Assembly: GCA_963841735.1 (NCBI GenBank)
Contig: CAWJDT010000001.1
Span: 1,312,001-1,376,000 of the forward strand
DNA from: an uncultured Actinomycetes bacterium
GTDB lineage: Bacteria > Actinomycetota > Thermoleophilia > RBG-16-64-13
DNA length: 64,000 nt
Reading direction: 5' to 3'
Shown: piece after piece, positions 18,446-28,409 of the stretch
Layout: every line of letters starts with the position of its first letter
Numbering within the stretch: the first letter of the stretch is position 1
Notes under the pieces: generated by a model
What the model was told of the DNA's origin: nothing
Database searches by the model: none
The model's input: the letters and a program-made list of their open reading frames with translations, nothing else
Program-made: the position numbers and the translations under genes

Positions 18446-19882
18446 ATGATCAAGTTCAGCGAGCGGCAGCTCAAGACGCCCAGGCAAATGCGGCCGGTGT
18501 ATCTGGTTACTGCCGGCCAGTCCAAGTACGCCAGGGCGATCCCAGAGAAGAGAACCGAGGAATTGTGCATCGACGCCTTCACCATGGCGGCGGATTTGCT
18601 CGGTCTCACTCCGGCCGACCTCAAGAAGTATATCCATACCTGCTACTACGGTCATTTCGCCGACCACTTCGGCGACCAGCTCCTGGGCGAAGCGGTTATC
18701 CACGACCGGCTGGGCCTTGATCCTCTAGGCAACGTGGGCATCAAGTCGGGCGGCGCCACCGGCGGCTCCACTCTGTGGGAGGCCGCCAAGGCCGTGGCCT
18801 CCGGGTACTCGGATTGCGTTCTTGCCATGGGCTGGGAGCGCATGGACGAGGTGCCCACCGATGAGGGCAACTTCCTTATAGCCTGCGCGGCCGACCGCGA
18901 CTGGGAGTCTCCCATGGGCCAGATCTACACTGGCTACTACGCGGTCATGGCTCAGAAGTACTGGCAGGTGTTCGGCAAGGCCGAAGCCTCGTTCAGGCGC
19001 ACTCTCGCTGAGATCTCGGTGAAGCACCACGGGTATGCCCGCTTCAATCCGTTCGCGCATGGCGCCATGAAGATCACCGTGGACGACGTGATGATGTCGC
19101 CCATGGTGGCCGATCCGCTGCGGGCCCTCGATGCCTGCCTCATGAGCGTGGGGGCGGCCTGCGCGATTCTCTGCGACGAGGATACGGCCATGGAGCTCAC
19201 CAAGAACAGCAAGAACAAGCCGCTCCGTATCTGTGTGACGGCCGGCTCGCACACTCTGCGCCCGGCCGATCGGCGGCCCATGGAGATCCCTCTGCTGCCC
19301 AACGAGTCGGCCGACCAGTACAAGAATCTGGGCAAGGAATTCCCCGGAGGCGACAGGTACCCGGGCTTCACCGGCTTTCTCGCGGCGAGGGTGGCGGCCT
19401 ACTATGCCTACCACATGACGGGTGTAGTCGATCCCACCGAGGACTTCGACGTCATCGAACTGCACGACGCCTTCACCATCAGCGACGTGCAAACCTACGA
19501 GGACATCGGCATCCGGCCCTACGGCCACGGCCGCGAATATGTGGAGTCGGGCGACTGTTACCACACCAACCCGCACACCGGCAAACCGGGCAAGCTGCCC
19601 TCCAACCTCTCCGGCGGGCTGATCGGTTGCATGCACGCGGTGGGTGCGAGCGGCATCATGCAGGTCTTCGAGATCGCCACCCAACTTTGGGGACGGTGGG
19701 CGGAAGTCCACGGCGATGAGAAACGCTGGAAGGAGTTCGGCCGGGAGAAACCGGCAGACTGGACCGACCTGCAGGTGAAGGGCGCCAAGAGGGCCCTATC
19801 CGTCAGTCACGCGGGCGTGGGCTCGCATGTGACGGCGACCATCCTCCAGGATCCCGATCATATGCTCAAGAAAGACGCGTGA
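18446..19882 (+). CDS. Thiolase-fold protein (SCP-x/Ltp2-like)
   Basis: IELHDAF and NLSGGLIGCMHAVGASG motifs; followed by a DUF35 gene. Confidence 0.85.
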   Translation: MIKFSERQLKTPRQMRPVYLVTAGQSKYARAIPEKRTEELCIDAFTMAADLLGLTPADLKKYIHTCYYGHFADHFGDQLLGEAVIHDRLGLDPLGNVGIKSGGATGGSTLWEAAKAVASGYSDCVLAMGWERMDEVPTDEGNFLIACAADRDWESPMGQIYTGYYAVMAQKYWQVFGKAEASFRRTLAEISVKHHGYARFNPFAHGAMKITVDDVMMSPMVADPLRALDACLMSVGAACAILCDEDTAMELTKNSKNKPLRICVTAGSHTLRPADRRPMEIPLLPNESADQYKNLGKEFPGGDRYPGFTGFLAARVAAYYAYHMTGVVDPTEDFDVIELHDAFTISDVQTYEDIGIRPYGHGREYVESGDCYHTNPHTGKPGKLPSNLSGGLIGCMHAVGASGIMQVFEIATQLWGRWAEVHGDEKRWKEFGREKPADWTDLQVKGAKRALSVSHAGVGSHVTATILQDPDHMLKKDA

Positions 19883-19895
19883 GAGAGGCCTTACG

Positions 19896-20486
19896 ATGAG
19901 TCAATACGGACAGGTCCAAGTCAAAGACGGCCGGTACAAGTTCAGGGGCGACTTCCATCGTCTTGAGCAGCACATGCCCATCAGGGACGCCGACCAGAAC
20001 TGGAAGCTGGTAGGGGTCACGAAGCCTCGGGACATGACCTACGTGCACACCTACGGGGGCGAAGCGGTGTTCTTCGAGTCGCTCTCCCAGGGCAAACTCC
20101 TGGCCACCAAGTGTGAGAACCCGGCTTGCGAGGCAAACGGCTCCATCTTCCAGCCGTTTAGGATCTACTGCCCCGACTGCCTTTCGAAGATGGCGGTCAT
20201 CGACATGACCGACCTGGCTAAGAAGTCGGCCGTCGTGCATACCTTCATGGTCTGCGAGCGTTCGGGCGCGTTCAACGTGCTCGACAAGCCCATCCGCTTC
20301 ATCAACATCGAATTCGACAACGTGTGCACGATCTTGTTCAGCTATCTGTTGCTGGGCGAGCCCCAGATTGGGCAGCGGGTGGTGCCTGTGTTCAAATATC
20401 ACAATCCTACGTATTCGATTCTTGATCTCTCCTGGGTGCCCGCGGGCACGAAGGCGGAGTCGCTGCCGGAGGGCTTCGGGTTCTGA
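19896..20486 (+). CDS. DUF35 Zn-ribbon/OB-fold protein
   Basis: GKLLATKCENPAC...RIYCPDC; typical partner of thiolases. Confidence 0.85.
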   Translation: MSQYGQVQVKDGRYKFRGDFHRLEQHMPIRDADQNWKLVGVTKPRDMTYVHTYGGEAVFFESLSQGKLLATKCENPACEANGSIFQPFRIYCPDCLSKMAVIDMTDLAKKSAVVHTFMVCERSGAFNVLDKPIRFINIEFDNVCTILFSYLLLGEPQIGQRVVPVFKYHNPTYSILDLSWVPAGTKAESLPEGFGF

Positions 20487-20892
20487 GTGACCGCTAGGGC
20501 GCGTAGGCCTCCCTCCCAAACGCTGAGTGACCGCGAGGACACGTAGACCTCCCGGGCGCTCAACGGAGTACCGCAATGCGCCCGGTAGGCCCACGCGCCC
20601 TCGCGGTGGCACTCCTTTCACGGGGGGAGGCCTACGCGCTCTCGCTGTGGCACTCCTCTTGTGGGGGGGCGCACGCGCCTCTCGGCCGTGCGTGGCTCAT
20701 CTGGGCGGGTTCTTGCTGTTTTGCCTTGGGCGGTGCACCATGGGAAGGGGTGCTGGCAAATGACGTTTCGTCGGCAGAGCGCAATGGACGAGTGCGAGAG
20801 TAGGATCGCAGGGAGCGCGCGTAGCAGTGCTACGCAAGTGACCAAGGACACACTATTGTGCCGCCCAGTGCGCTCTGGAGACCGGGGCTTCA

Positions 20893-20972
20893 TTTGCGGG
20901 CGGCCCAAAGGGTGGGCCGTCCGCAAACACCACTGAGGGCTGCCAAAGAACGAGGTCTCGCTCTTTGGCAGC
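20893..20972. other. Two strong hairpins upstream of the dehydratase gene
   Basis: TTTGCGGGCGGCCCA...TGGGCCGTCCGCAAA and GCTGCCAAAGA...TCTTTGGCAGC. Confidence 0.5.
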
Positions 20973-20990
20973 TTCGAGTCTGGAGGGTCG

Positions 20991-21971
20991 ATGGTGAGGA
21001 ATTACGAGGCACTCAGCGGCGACGTCAATCTGCTTGGCGTGATCAAGGCCCGGGCGGTCATCGGCCGCTATCTCAACCGGACGAACCTTACCTACTATTC
21101 TGAGCTCTCGCGCCTTGTGGGAGGCGAGGTCTTCGTCAAGCACGAGAACCACAATCCCACCGGCTCGTTCAAGATCCGGGGCGCGCTCAACTTCTTCCAC
21201 CATATGTCGGGGGAAGAGCTGGAGAGCGGCATATTGGTCGCCACGCGCGGCAATCACGGTTTGGCTATGGCTTGGGCGGGCAGGTTCTTCAACGTGCCCT
21301 GTACGGTGGTGGTGCCCGAGCACAACAACCCTGAGATCAACCGCATCGTGGAGAGCTTTGGCGCCGACCTCATAGTGCACGGGCACGATTTCTACGACGC
21401 CCAATCGTACTGCGACGAACTGGTGGACACCGCCGGCTACTACTACGTCGAGCAGGGCAACGAGCCTGAGATCTTGAACGGCCTGGGCACCATGGGACTC
21501 GAGATCTTCGAGGACCTGCCCGATGCGGACGTGATCATCTGCCCCATCGGCGGCGGCGCAGGGTGCGCCTCGCTGATCAAGGTGGCGCAGGCAGTCAACC
21601 CTCAGGTGGAGATCATCGGCGTGCAGGCGGAACGGGCGGCGGCCTTCTACGAATCGTGGAAGAAGGGCGAGCGGGTGACTCTGGAGGCGGCCGACACGGT
21701 GGCCGATGGTCTGGCCGCGCGCAGCGTCTACCAGCTGCCGTTCACCATCATGAAGGACACCATCACCGACGTGGTGTTTGTGAGCGAGGAAGAGATCCTG
21801 GAAGGTATCCGGCTGGCGCTACAGGTGACCCACAACCTGGCCGAGGGGGCCGGAGCGGCGTCGCTCGCGGCGGCGCTCAAGATCAAGGACCGGCTGGCCG
21901 GCAAGAAGGTGGCGCTCATCATGTCCGGGGGCAACCTGGACCACGAGCACCTGGTGCAGGCGCTGGCATAA
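20991..21971 (+). CDS. PLP-dependent threonine/serine dehydratase
   Basis: NPTGSFKIRG, RGNHG, PIGGG, ADGL and SGGN motifs. Confidence 0.9.
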   Translation: MVRNYEALSGDVNLLGVIKARAVIGRYLNRTNLTYYSELSRLVGGEVFVKHENHNPTGSFKIRGALNFFHHMSGEELESGILVATRGNHGLAMAWAGRFFNVPCTVVVPEHNNPEINRIVESFGADLIVHGHDFYDAQSYCDELVDTAGYYYVEQGNEPEILNGLGTMGLEIFEDLPDADVIICPIGGGAGCASLIKVAQAVNPQVEIIGVQAERAAAFYESWKKGERVTLEAADTVADGLAARSVYQLPFTIMKDTITDVVFVSEEEILEGIRLALQVTHNLAEGAGAASLAAALKIKDRLAGKKVALIMSGGNLDHEHLVQALA

Positions 21972-21979
21972 GAAGTCGC

Positions 21980-22500
21980 CTAGCGGGTCTTCAGATACTC
22001 GACAACAGCGTCGCTCTGGGCCCGAGTCAGTTGCCAGCGGGGCATCAACACCTCCAGAGTTCCTCCCTCGGGGTCTACGCCTTGAGTCACTGCAAAGAAG
22101 AAGCTGTCCGGGTCAAAGGCCTTCTCAGCCGGATCGGCGGGGGCGCAGTCAGCGCGCTCCAGCGGATATCGGGTACCTCCACCTGTCCCCTCATCATCTG
22201 GATGGTCTGGCCGCGGGCATCAGAGCCATGGCAGTTCGCACAGGCCGTCGCCGACCTCATCATCCCCGTGACCCCCGACCGAGTGATCAGGCGCCCATTG
22301 TCGTCCGAACCCGTTTGGAATATCTGCTCGCCCAGACCGACGCCTGGGGCCGGACTGGTGGATACAGACGACTCGCTCGGGTGCAACGGAGCACCAGCGG
22401 GGATCGACAGGGCGAGCAGAGCGACGGCGGTCACTATGCCCACCAGCAACAGGAGCAACCCCGTCTTCGCCTGGGTGCTCCACCCACCGGTTCGGCTCAT
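21980..22500 (-). CDS. Membrane-anchored monoheme cytochrome c (frameshift near 22140)
   Basis: N-terminal TM and CANCH; the alternative frame after a C-run gives ...GVDPEGGTLEVLMPRWQL...YLK with the Met ligand. Confidence 0.8.
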
Positions 22501-22781
22501 TGCCCGGACTCCCGGCTGCCAAGAAGGTCCTGCCTGCGTTGCAGGAACTCTTCTCGTTGGATCTCTCCGCGGGCGTAGCGTTGCTCAAGCACCTGCAGAG
22601 CACTTGAGCTGCCAAGACCGGTCGGCTGCCCTTGAGAGGAGCCCTCTTGAACATGGCTGTGAGTGGTCAGGCCTCTCACCAGAAGGACGACCCCGACTAC
22701 TATCAAGGCCAGGACCGCCAGCATGATTATCATCATCAACGCTCCGCCTGCATCGCCCCAACCGTCTCCCCAACCCCACAT
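22497..22781 (-). CDS. SHOCT-domain membrane protein
   Basis: MWGWG, a TM helix, then ALQVLEQRYARGEIQREEF. Confidence 0.88.
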   Translation of the reverse strand: MWGWGDGWGDAGGALMMIIMLAVLALIVVGVVLLVRGLTTHSHVQEGSSQGQPTGLGSSSALQVLEQRYARGEIQREEFLQRRQDLLGSRESGQ

Positions 22782-22960
22782 GATGGCATTCTCCTTTGGC
22801 TTGATGTCTTGCACTCAGCCGAGTCTTTGAGCTCGATGATGTCTATGTTCCCGATTTGGCTCGGGTGGAATCCCGGCGCACGGGCAGGGTAGCCATTCGG
22901 GCGGAGTAGCTACTGGGTATCTGTGGACGCCAGACCGGCGTCGTCACACGCGTCGCAGCT

Positions 22961-23794
22961 TCAGCCGCCCGACACTGCTTCGACGAGTGTGGCGGCCTCA
23001 AAACAGCTGGTGCTCCCGACGTTCTGCGTACCCGCCGGTTCTGCCTCAGGTTCAGGTTGCTCCCGCGCCGGCTGATGGTGCGGATGGTAGTCGCAGGCGG
23101 GCCCGCGGCAGCCGTGGGGGTGGCGATCGACGTCACGGCAGACAATGGCGTCGGACTCGGAGGGGTCGATGCCGAGCTTCTCCTTCAGAAAGACCTCTGT
23201 CTCGGCGAGGCAACTGCGGACAAAAGCCTTGCAGCAGCCGGGCTCGGCTTCCTCGGCTGTCGCGGCGGCAAGTCTGCTGACCAGCTGCATGCTGGCCCGC
23301 GTCTCCGCGCCCTTGCCGCATTGACCGCCCACCAACACGCTGTAGCAGGCGCCCAAGGCGGGAACCACGCCGCAGACCCCGCTCAATCCGCAGTACGCGC
23401 TTATGGCCTGGCATTCCGTGCGTTGCAGGACTTCAGCCACGTGCCGGTCGGTCACCCCCAGGTGGCCCCTGTTCTTGAGGGAGGTCATCAGGGCGCCCGC
23501 GGCGATCAGAGCGTGCTCGCAGCCGAGCATGGGAAGCTGCGGAAGCGACATTAGGCGCTCGGCCAGGTCGCCGGCTGATACTTCTTGGGAGGAGGAGAGC
23601 AGCTGCGGTAGCAGCTTTCGCATGCCGGCTCCGTGGCACGCTTCACACAGATAGTGGCCCTGGGCGCAATGCACGTGCCCGACCTCCGATCGGCCGCACA
23701 GCGAACAGGTGAACGGCGCGGCCTCTTCGAGGTAGGTGAGTACCTCACCGCAAAGGCCGCATTGCTCAGTATGTTGCTGATGGTTCTCGCTGAT
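22961..23794 (-). CDS. Cys-rich DUF5714-like protein
   Basis: CGLCG..CSLCG..HC..GHYLCEACH; MLGCEH; CGLSGVCG; GCCK. The frame is open back to an ATC codon at 23794. Confidence 0.75.
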   Translation of the reverse strand: MSENHQQHTEQCGLCGEVLTYLEEAAPFTCSLCGRSEVGHVHCAQGHYLCEACHGAGMRKLLPQLLSSSQEVSAGDLAERLMSLPQLPMLGCEHALIAAGALMTSLKNRGHLGVTDRHVAEVLQRTECQAISAYCGLSGVCGVVPALGACYSVLVGGQCGKGAETRASMQLVSRLAAATAEEAEPGCCKAFVRSCLAETEVFLKEKLGIDPSESDAIVCRDVDRHPHGCRGPACDYHPHHQPAREQPEPEAEPAGTQNVGSTSCFEAATLVEAVSGG

Positions 23795-23813
23795 GGTTGC
23801 ACACTCCCTCGGA

Positions 23814-24335
23814 CTACTTCTGCAGAAGCTCGTAGCCGGCCTCTTGCCAGGCGACGAAGCCCCCGTCTAAGTTGTAGAGGTTCGTGTATCCCGCTCGAAC
23901 CCACTCTTCTATCGAGATGCGGCTCATGCGGTCGCTGCGGCAGTAGACGACGATCTTGGCGTTCTTGTCGGCTGGGAGTTGGTCCAGCTGCTGAGCGGCT
24001 TGGTCGTAGGGAAGAAAGAGGTCGGTTTGCTCGATCTCGCCTTCGTAGGGCGTGTGGGTGTTGATGAAGAGGAAGTCCTTGTTCTTGAGCATGGCGGCGA
24101 GCTCGGCGGGGGTGATGTCGACGTAGGTCCCCGCTCCGTCGCTGGTGGTGACCACTGTACCCACCTTCTCGGGGCCGGCAGTGTCGACCGGAGGGACGGT
24201 CGCGCCGCCGCAGGCCGAGAGAGACGCCAGCGTGAGCGTCGTGGCTATGGCCACCCAGGGGATAAGCCGAGTGTTGCGGATTCTCCCTCTCCTCTTTGTG
24301 TGATCGCTAGATGGCAAGGTTCGCCCTCCCTCCAA
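23814..24335 (-). CDS. Rhodanese-domain lipoprotein
   Basis: Lipobox LSAC; VYCRSDRMS active-site loop; LDGGFVAW. Confidence 0.9.
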   Translation of the reverse strand: MEGGRTLPSSDHTKRRGRIRNTRLIPWVAIATTLTLASLSACGGATVPPVDTAGPEKVGTVVTTSDGAGTYVDITPAELAAMLKNKDFLFINTHTPYEGEIEQTDLFLPYDQAAQQLDQLPADKNAKIVVYCRSDRMSRISIEEWVRAGYTNLYNLDGGFVAWQEAGYELLQK

Positions 24336-24412
24336 CGACAGATACCCGCTCGCGGCCGGGGAGTAAACGGGTCTTCAGATTGCGGTCGAGCAGGTATGAG
24401 CTAGGGGACAAG

Positions 24413-24448
24413 CGGGGCGCAGACCCCTCAAGAGAGGTCTGCGCCCCG
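24413..24448 (-). terminator. Hairpin between the secreted-protein gene and the rhodanese gene
   Basis: CGGGGCGCAGACC...GGTCTGCGCCCCG. Confidence 0.6.
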
Positions 24449-24503
24449 AGTCGTCGTTTCGCTGCCTTTGGCGGCATTCGCTTCGGGCTAGCTCACCGAA
24501 GAG

Positions 24504-24989
24504 CTACCTCTGCGGGCCGGCACCGTCACAGGTACCATTGCCGACGCTGGCACCATTGCCGAAGGGGCCGGCGCCGATGCTCGTGGCGTCCTGCAGGCGC
24601 TGCTGGGCCTGAGTCTGGGGCTGAGTCTGCGCCTGGTCGCACGTGCCATCACACTCGGTGCTGCGATCGCGCGTCTGAGCCGTGGTGCCGTTCATCGCAC
24701 CGTTCGCTCCTGCGGTCTGACCGGCTCCAGCACCCCGCACGGCGCCGTTCTGAGAGGCCGTCCCTAGGGGCCCCGTGCTATCGCAAGTGCCGTCGCAGTT
24801 CGTTCCGGATGCATCCCGGGCTTGGTCCTGGGCCTGAGTCGCTGTGCTCACGGCTGCTCTTCCACCGCGATACCCATCCCCGTCACCGCTTCCGCTGGTG
24901 GCTGCGAACGCCACCCCGGCAACGGCCAATGACAGAGCTGCAGCTACGGCCACGCCGATGAGGATCTTTCTCTTTCTCTGCATTTTCAA
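24504..24989 (-). CDS. Secreted low-complexity protein with CDGTC repeats
   Basis: Signal peptide ending AFA; G/Q/T-rich; NCDGTCD, ECDGTCD, GTCDG. Confidence 0.75.
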   Translation of the reverse strand: MKMQRKRKILIGVAVAAALSLAVAGVAFAATSGSGDGDGYRGGRAAVSTATQAQDQARDASGTNCDGTCDSTGPLGTASQNGAVRGAGAGQTAGANGAMNGTTAQTRDRSTECDGTCDQAQTQPQTQAQQRLQDATSIGAGPFGNGASVGNGTCDGAGPQR

Positions 24990-25080
24990 CCTCCTAGTCT
25001 TTGTTGGTCAGTGGACGGCTGAAAACCGTCCGCCGCTTCAACGGGTTCTAACCCGTCTTCGTGAGTCTAGAGGGGCCTTG

Positions 25081-25119
25081 TGAGACGAAGCTAAGAGTCG
25101 GATGAGAACATTCTTAAGA
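25081..25119 (-). promoter_or_regulatory. 11-bp-phased TCT(C/T)A direct repeats, candidate response-regulator boxes
   Basis: + strand TGAGA 25081, TAAGA 25092, TGAGA 25103 and TAAGA 25115. Confidence 0.5.
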
Positions 25120-25130
25120 ACGCGAACGGC

Positions 25131-26495
25131 CTAAACGGGGAGAGAGACGGTGAAACGGGCGCCCTCTCCGGGCCGGCTTTCCAGGGTGAGGGAACACTCA
25201 TGGGCTTCCACGATGGCCTGGGCGATGGCGAGGCCAAGACCTGCTCCGCCGTCCTTCCTGCCGGCTCCTCGATAGAAACGCTCGAAGACGTGCTTGACCA
25301 CGGCGTCACTCATCCCCTCGCCCTCGTCTCTCACCCACAGCTCAACGCCACTCGGCGTGCGTTTGCCTCCCAGGGCGATGACCTGTCCAGGTTGAGTGTG
25401 CTGAACGGCGTTCTGGACGAGATTGAGGAATACCTGGGTGAGGCGATCTTGATCAGCCTGCACCGAGCCACCCGGAAGAGAGTCAAGCAGCCACTCGCGC
25501 TCGCCGAGATGGGGGCCCTGCGAGAGCAACGACTGAAGGAAGGCGTCCAGGCCAATGCTTTCTTTGCGCAGAAAATCGACTCGGGTCGCCCGCGCCAAGG
25601 TGAGCAGGTCGGCCACTAAGCGGTTCATCCTGTCTAACTCGTCGAGCACCAAGGCATGTTCCTGCTTAACGAAGGCAGGGTCCGGTGATTCTTGCCGGTC
25701 GAGCACCTGCAGATGGCCCTTGATGATGGTAAGCGGCGTCCGCAACTCATGGGACGCGTCGGAGATGAACTGCTCTTGAGCGCTGAAGGCCGATTGGAGC
25801 CGGTCAAACATGGCGTCCATGGTGTGCGCCAGTTCCCCGATCTCGTCGGCGGGTCCCGAGTACCCGATCCTGCGGGATAGGTCCTCGTGGGAAATGGCGG
25901 CGGCGGTCCTCGTGATCCGGCGTACCGGGCCCAGGGCTCTTCCCACCAGCAGCCACGAGCCCAGTCCCACCACGAGGCAGCCGAGCGCGCCGCCGACGGC
26001 CAGTAGCATGAGCAAGTTACGCAACGTGTCGGTGATATTGGCGAGCGAGCCGGCGATCTCAACCGCGCCCACTTGTTCTCCTGCCAGAACTATCGGTGTG
26101 CCGGCCACCCGCAGGGATCGTCCGCCCACCGACACATCGAGCAGGTAAGAATCGCCTGACTCGAGGAGAAGGAGCGTGGCCTGCAGGTCTTCCAGGCGGA
26201 TGTCGTTGGAATTGGAGACGACTGTTCCATCCATGGTCTGCAGGGAGAAGACATAGGCGCTTTGGCGTAGCGAGTTCGATTGCGGTCCCGAAAGGTAGCT
26301 CTCGGTGACCGCGGCCAGAGTCTGTTCGTCTGCCGCCGAGCCTACCACCTGCTGATAGTGGTTCAGCTGCTGAATGAGCTTCGAGTCGAGTTCACCGCGT
26401 AGCTGCTGGCCCATGATGGCGTACATCCCGACAGCTCCGGCGACCGTGATCAGGATCACGCCGAACACGAACCACAGGGTCAGACGTAGTCTCAA
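25131..26495 (-). CDS. HAMP sensor histidine kinase
   Basis: Two TMs; SHELRTPL, NLVQNA, DEGEG and GAGLGL. Start inferred from a TTGA overlap. Confidence 0.92.
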   Translation of the reverse strand: MRLRLTLWFVFGVILITVAGAVGMYAIMGQQLRGELDSKLIQQLNHYQQVVGSAADEQTLAAVTESYLSGPQSNSLRQSAYVFSLQTMDGTVVSNSNDIRLEDLQATLLLLESGDSYLLDVSVGGRSLRVAGTPIVLAGEQVGAVEIAGSLANITDTLRNLLMLLAVGGALGCLVVGLGSWLLVGRALGPVRRITRTAAAISHEDLSRRIGYSGPADEIGELAHTMDAMFDRLQSAFSAQEQFISDASHELRTPLTIIKGHLQVLDRQESPDPAFVKQEHALVLDELDRMNRLVADLLTLARATRVDFLRKESIGLDAFLQSLLSQGPHLGEREWLLDSLPGGSVQADQDRLTQVFLNLVQNAVQHTQPGQVIALGGKRTPSGVELWVRDEGEGMSDAVVKHVFERFYRGAGRKDGGAGLGLAIAQAIVEAHECSLTLESRPGEGARFTVSLPV

Positions 26496-27181
26496 GCCTC
26501 TGGCGCTTCTGGCGAGCGGAACCGGTAGCCTCCCCCTCGCACGGTCTCGATCATGGACTCTCCGTGGGGCTCGTCGATCTTGCCGCGGAGATAGCCTACG
26601 TAGACGTCGACCACATTGGTCTGTGGGTCGAAGTCGTACCCCCATACCCCGCCCAGAAGCTGCGACCGAGTAAGAACCTGCCCCTGGTGGCGGAGGAAGA
26701 ACTCAAGCAGTGCGAACTCTCGGGAGGTCAGATCGAAGGCACGATCACCCCGGAGGGCTCTGCGCGCCTTCAGGTCGAGGGTCAGATCGCCGGCCTGAAG
26801 CACCGACCCGTGCTCTTGGCGATCGTGCCGCAGCTGCGCCCGGATGCGGGCGACCAACTCGTCGAAGTCAAAGGGCTTGGGGAGATAGTCGTCGGCTCCG
26901 AGGTCTAGGCCCTTGACTCGCGAGGGCACGTCACCGCGCGCGGTGAGCATGATGATGGGGGTGACTTGATCGGTCTTGCGGACCTCCGCCAGTACCTGGA
27001 ACCCGTCCATATCGGGCAGGCCTACGTCAAGCAGGATGAGATCCCAGCGTTGGCCCTGTCGCAGCCGGTCGAGCGCCTCTGCTCCCATCCCGACAACATC
27101 GGTGAGGTACCCGGCGCCCTCGAGGCCCTTGGCGATGAAGGAAGCCACCCGGTTTTCGTCCTCGACTAGTAGCAGTCGCAC
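26492..27181 (-). CDS. OmpR-family response regulator
   Basis: LLVEDE, LLDVGLP, GADDYLPKPF, VDVYVGYLR and ETVRGGGY. Confidence 0.94.
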   Translation of the reverse strand: MRLLLVEDENRVASFIAKGLEGAGYLTDVVGMGAEALDRLRQGQRWDLILLDVGLPDMDGFQVLAEVRKTDQVTPIIMLTARGDVPSRVKGLDLGADDYLPKPFDFDELVARIRAQLRHDRQEHGSVLQAGDLTLDLKARRALRGDRAFDLTSREFALLEFFLRHQGQVLTRSQLLGGVWGYDFDPQTNVVDVYVGYLRGKIDEPHGESMIETVRGGGYRFRSPEAPEA

Positions 27182-27188
27182 GGCCGGA

Positions 27189-27506
27189 TCACCTGCCCGA
27201 GCCGGTGGAGGGGGGGCCTCCCTGATAACCGTGCCCCGGCTGGACTCGGATGTCACCCGAGATGACCGTTGTGTTGCCGGCCCGCATCGTCGACCCCGTC
27301 GAGCCGCCCTGGCCTAGGGTCGTGCCGGTTCCCTGCCCCTGGTCGGCAGGTGCGCTTCCAATTTGGATGGTCGGCAATGAAGAGGCCGAGTTATCGGAGT
27401 CGCCGAGGTCGAACGCCACCATGGCGATGATGATGACCACCACGACAAGGCCTGTTCCAACGAGGGGTACGGCCAAGCGGCGAAGCAAAGTCAAGGATCT
27501 CACCAA
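27189..27506 (-). CDS. Small single-TM accessory protein
   Basis: Hydrophobic N-terminus; first gene of the two-component operon. Confidence 0.55.
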   Translation of the reverse strand: MVRSLTLLRRLAVPLVGTGLVVVVIIIAMVAFDLGDSDNSASSLPTIQIGSAPADQGQGTGTTLGQGGSTGSTMRAGNTTVISGDIRVQPGHGYQGGPPSTGSGR

Positions 27507-27562
27507 CCTTCCGGGGGAGTACCTGGAGGCAATGTTAGCAGAGGCATTTGGATCGACAGGAT

Positions 27563-27600
27563 TCTAAGAGGATTCTCATCCCTGTCTAACGCGGACCTCA
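27563..27600 (+). promoter_or_regulatory. Four 11-bp-phased (T/C)CT(A/C)A direct repeats
   Basis: TCTAA 27563, TCTCA 27574, TCTAA 27585, CCTCA 27596. Confidence 0.55.
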
Positions 27601-27694
27601 TGCTGCCTACCTACACTTGGCTCGAAGCCCCGGGAGGAGCGGCAATCGCATTTCCAGGAAGGGGCAAGACCCATAAACAAGGCAAGCGAGGTAC

Positions 27695-28319
27695 GTGATG
27701 ATGGATACCACTTCTCTTGAGCGTCGCCGCCGACCAAGCGCGAGGCTTGTAACGCGCTGGGCCACGGCCATCCTGCTATGTGTGTCGGGGCTGGTCACGG
27801 CCCTCACCGGCATCTACTTCCTGTTTCTGCCCAACGGCGGCTACCAGGGGGGGCGCAACGCAGCCTACGCGACAACGCTGCTCTTCAGTAGAGGCACCTG
27901 GAGAGACCTTCACACCTGGACGGGCGTCACGATGCTGGCGCTGGCCGTTCCTGCATCTAGTGCTTCATCGCAAGTGGTTGGCCCAAATGGTGCGGCGCTC
28001 AGGGGCGGTTCTCACCGGACGTCGGAAACCTTGCCTGACGAGGGTCTGGCCTAGGGATATCGTGATTTGGAGTGTTACAGCCTCCTTTCTCGTGCTCACC
28101 GCTTCGTCGCTCTACTTCCTGTTTGCAGGGGGCGCTCACTCAGGCGGTGGCCTCGGCGGCTCCTCGCTCCTATTTGGCGGCTCCACATGGCATCTTCTGC
28201 ACACATGGGGAGCCATCGCCTTCATGGTCGCCATCGGCTCTCACCTGGCTTTGAGCTGGAAGCGGCTGGCGCGGGCGACACCCATAGTCTTTGGCGCCTC
28301 GTCTGCCAGAACGTCCTAG
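27695..28319 (+). CDS. Tandem DUF4405-like membrane protein (frameshift near 27950)
   Basis: Two W..LHTW...H repeats split across the ORFs starting at 27695 and 27780. Confidence 0.75.
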
Positions 28320-28409
28320 CAGAACGGCACAAAGGTGAGAACCGCACAATAGTGGGTATGCTTCTATTGTTCGGCAGCAACCAAGGCTTCAGAACGGAAG
28401 GGAACCGAG

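Noticed and set aside
20860-20972. Glycine riboswitch or T-box upstream of the dehydratase
   Set aside because: Only CTCTGGAGA resembles the glycine aptamer and other conserved elements are missing. Kept only as hairpins.
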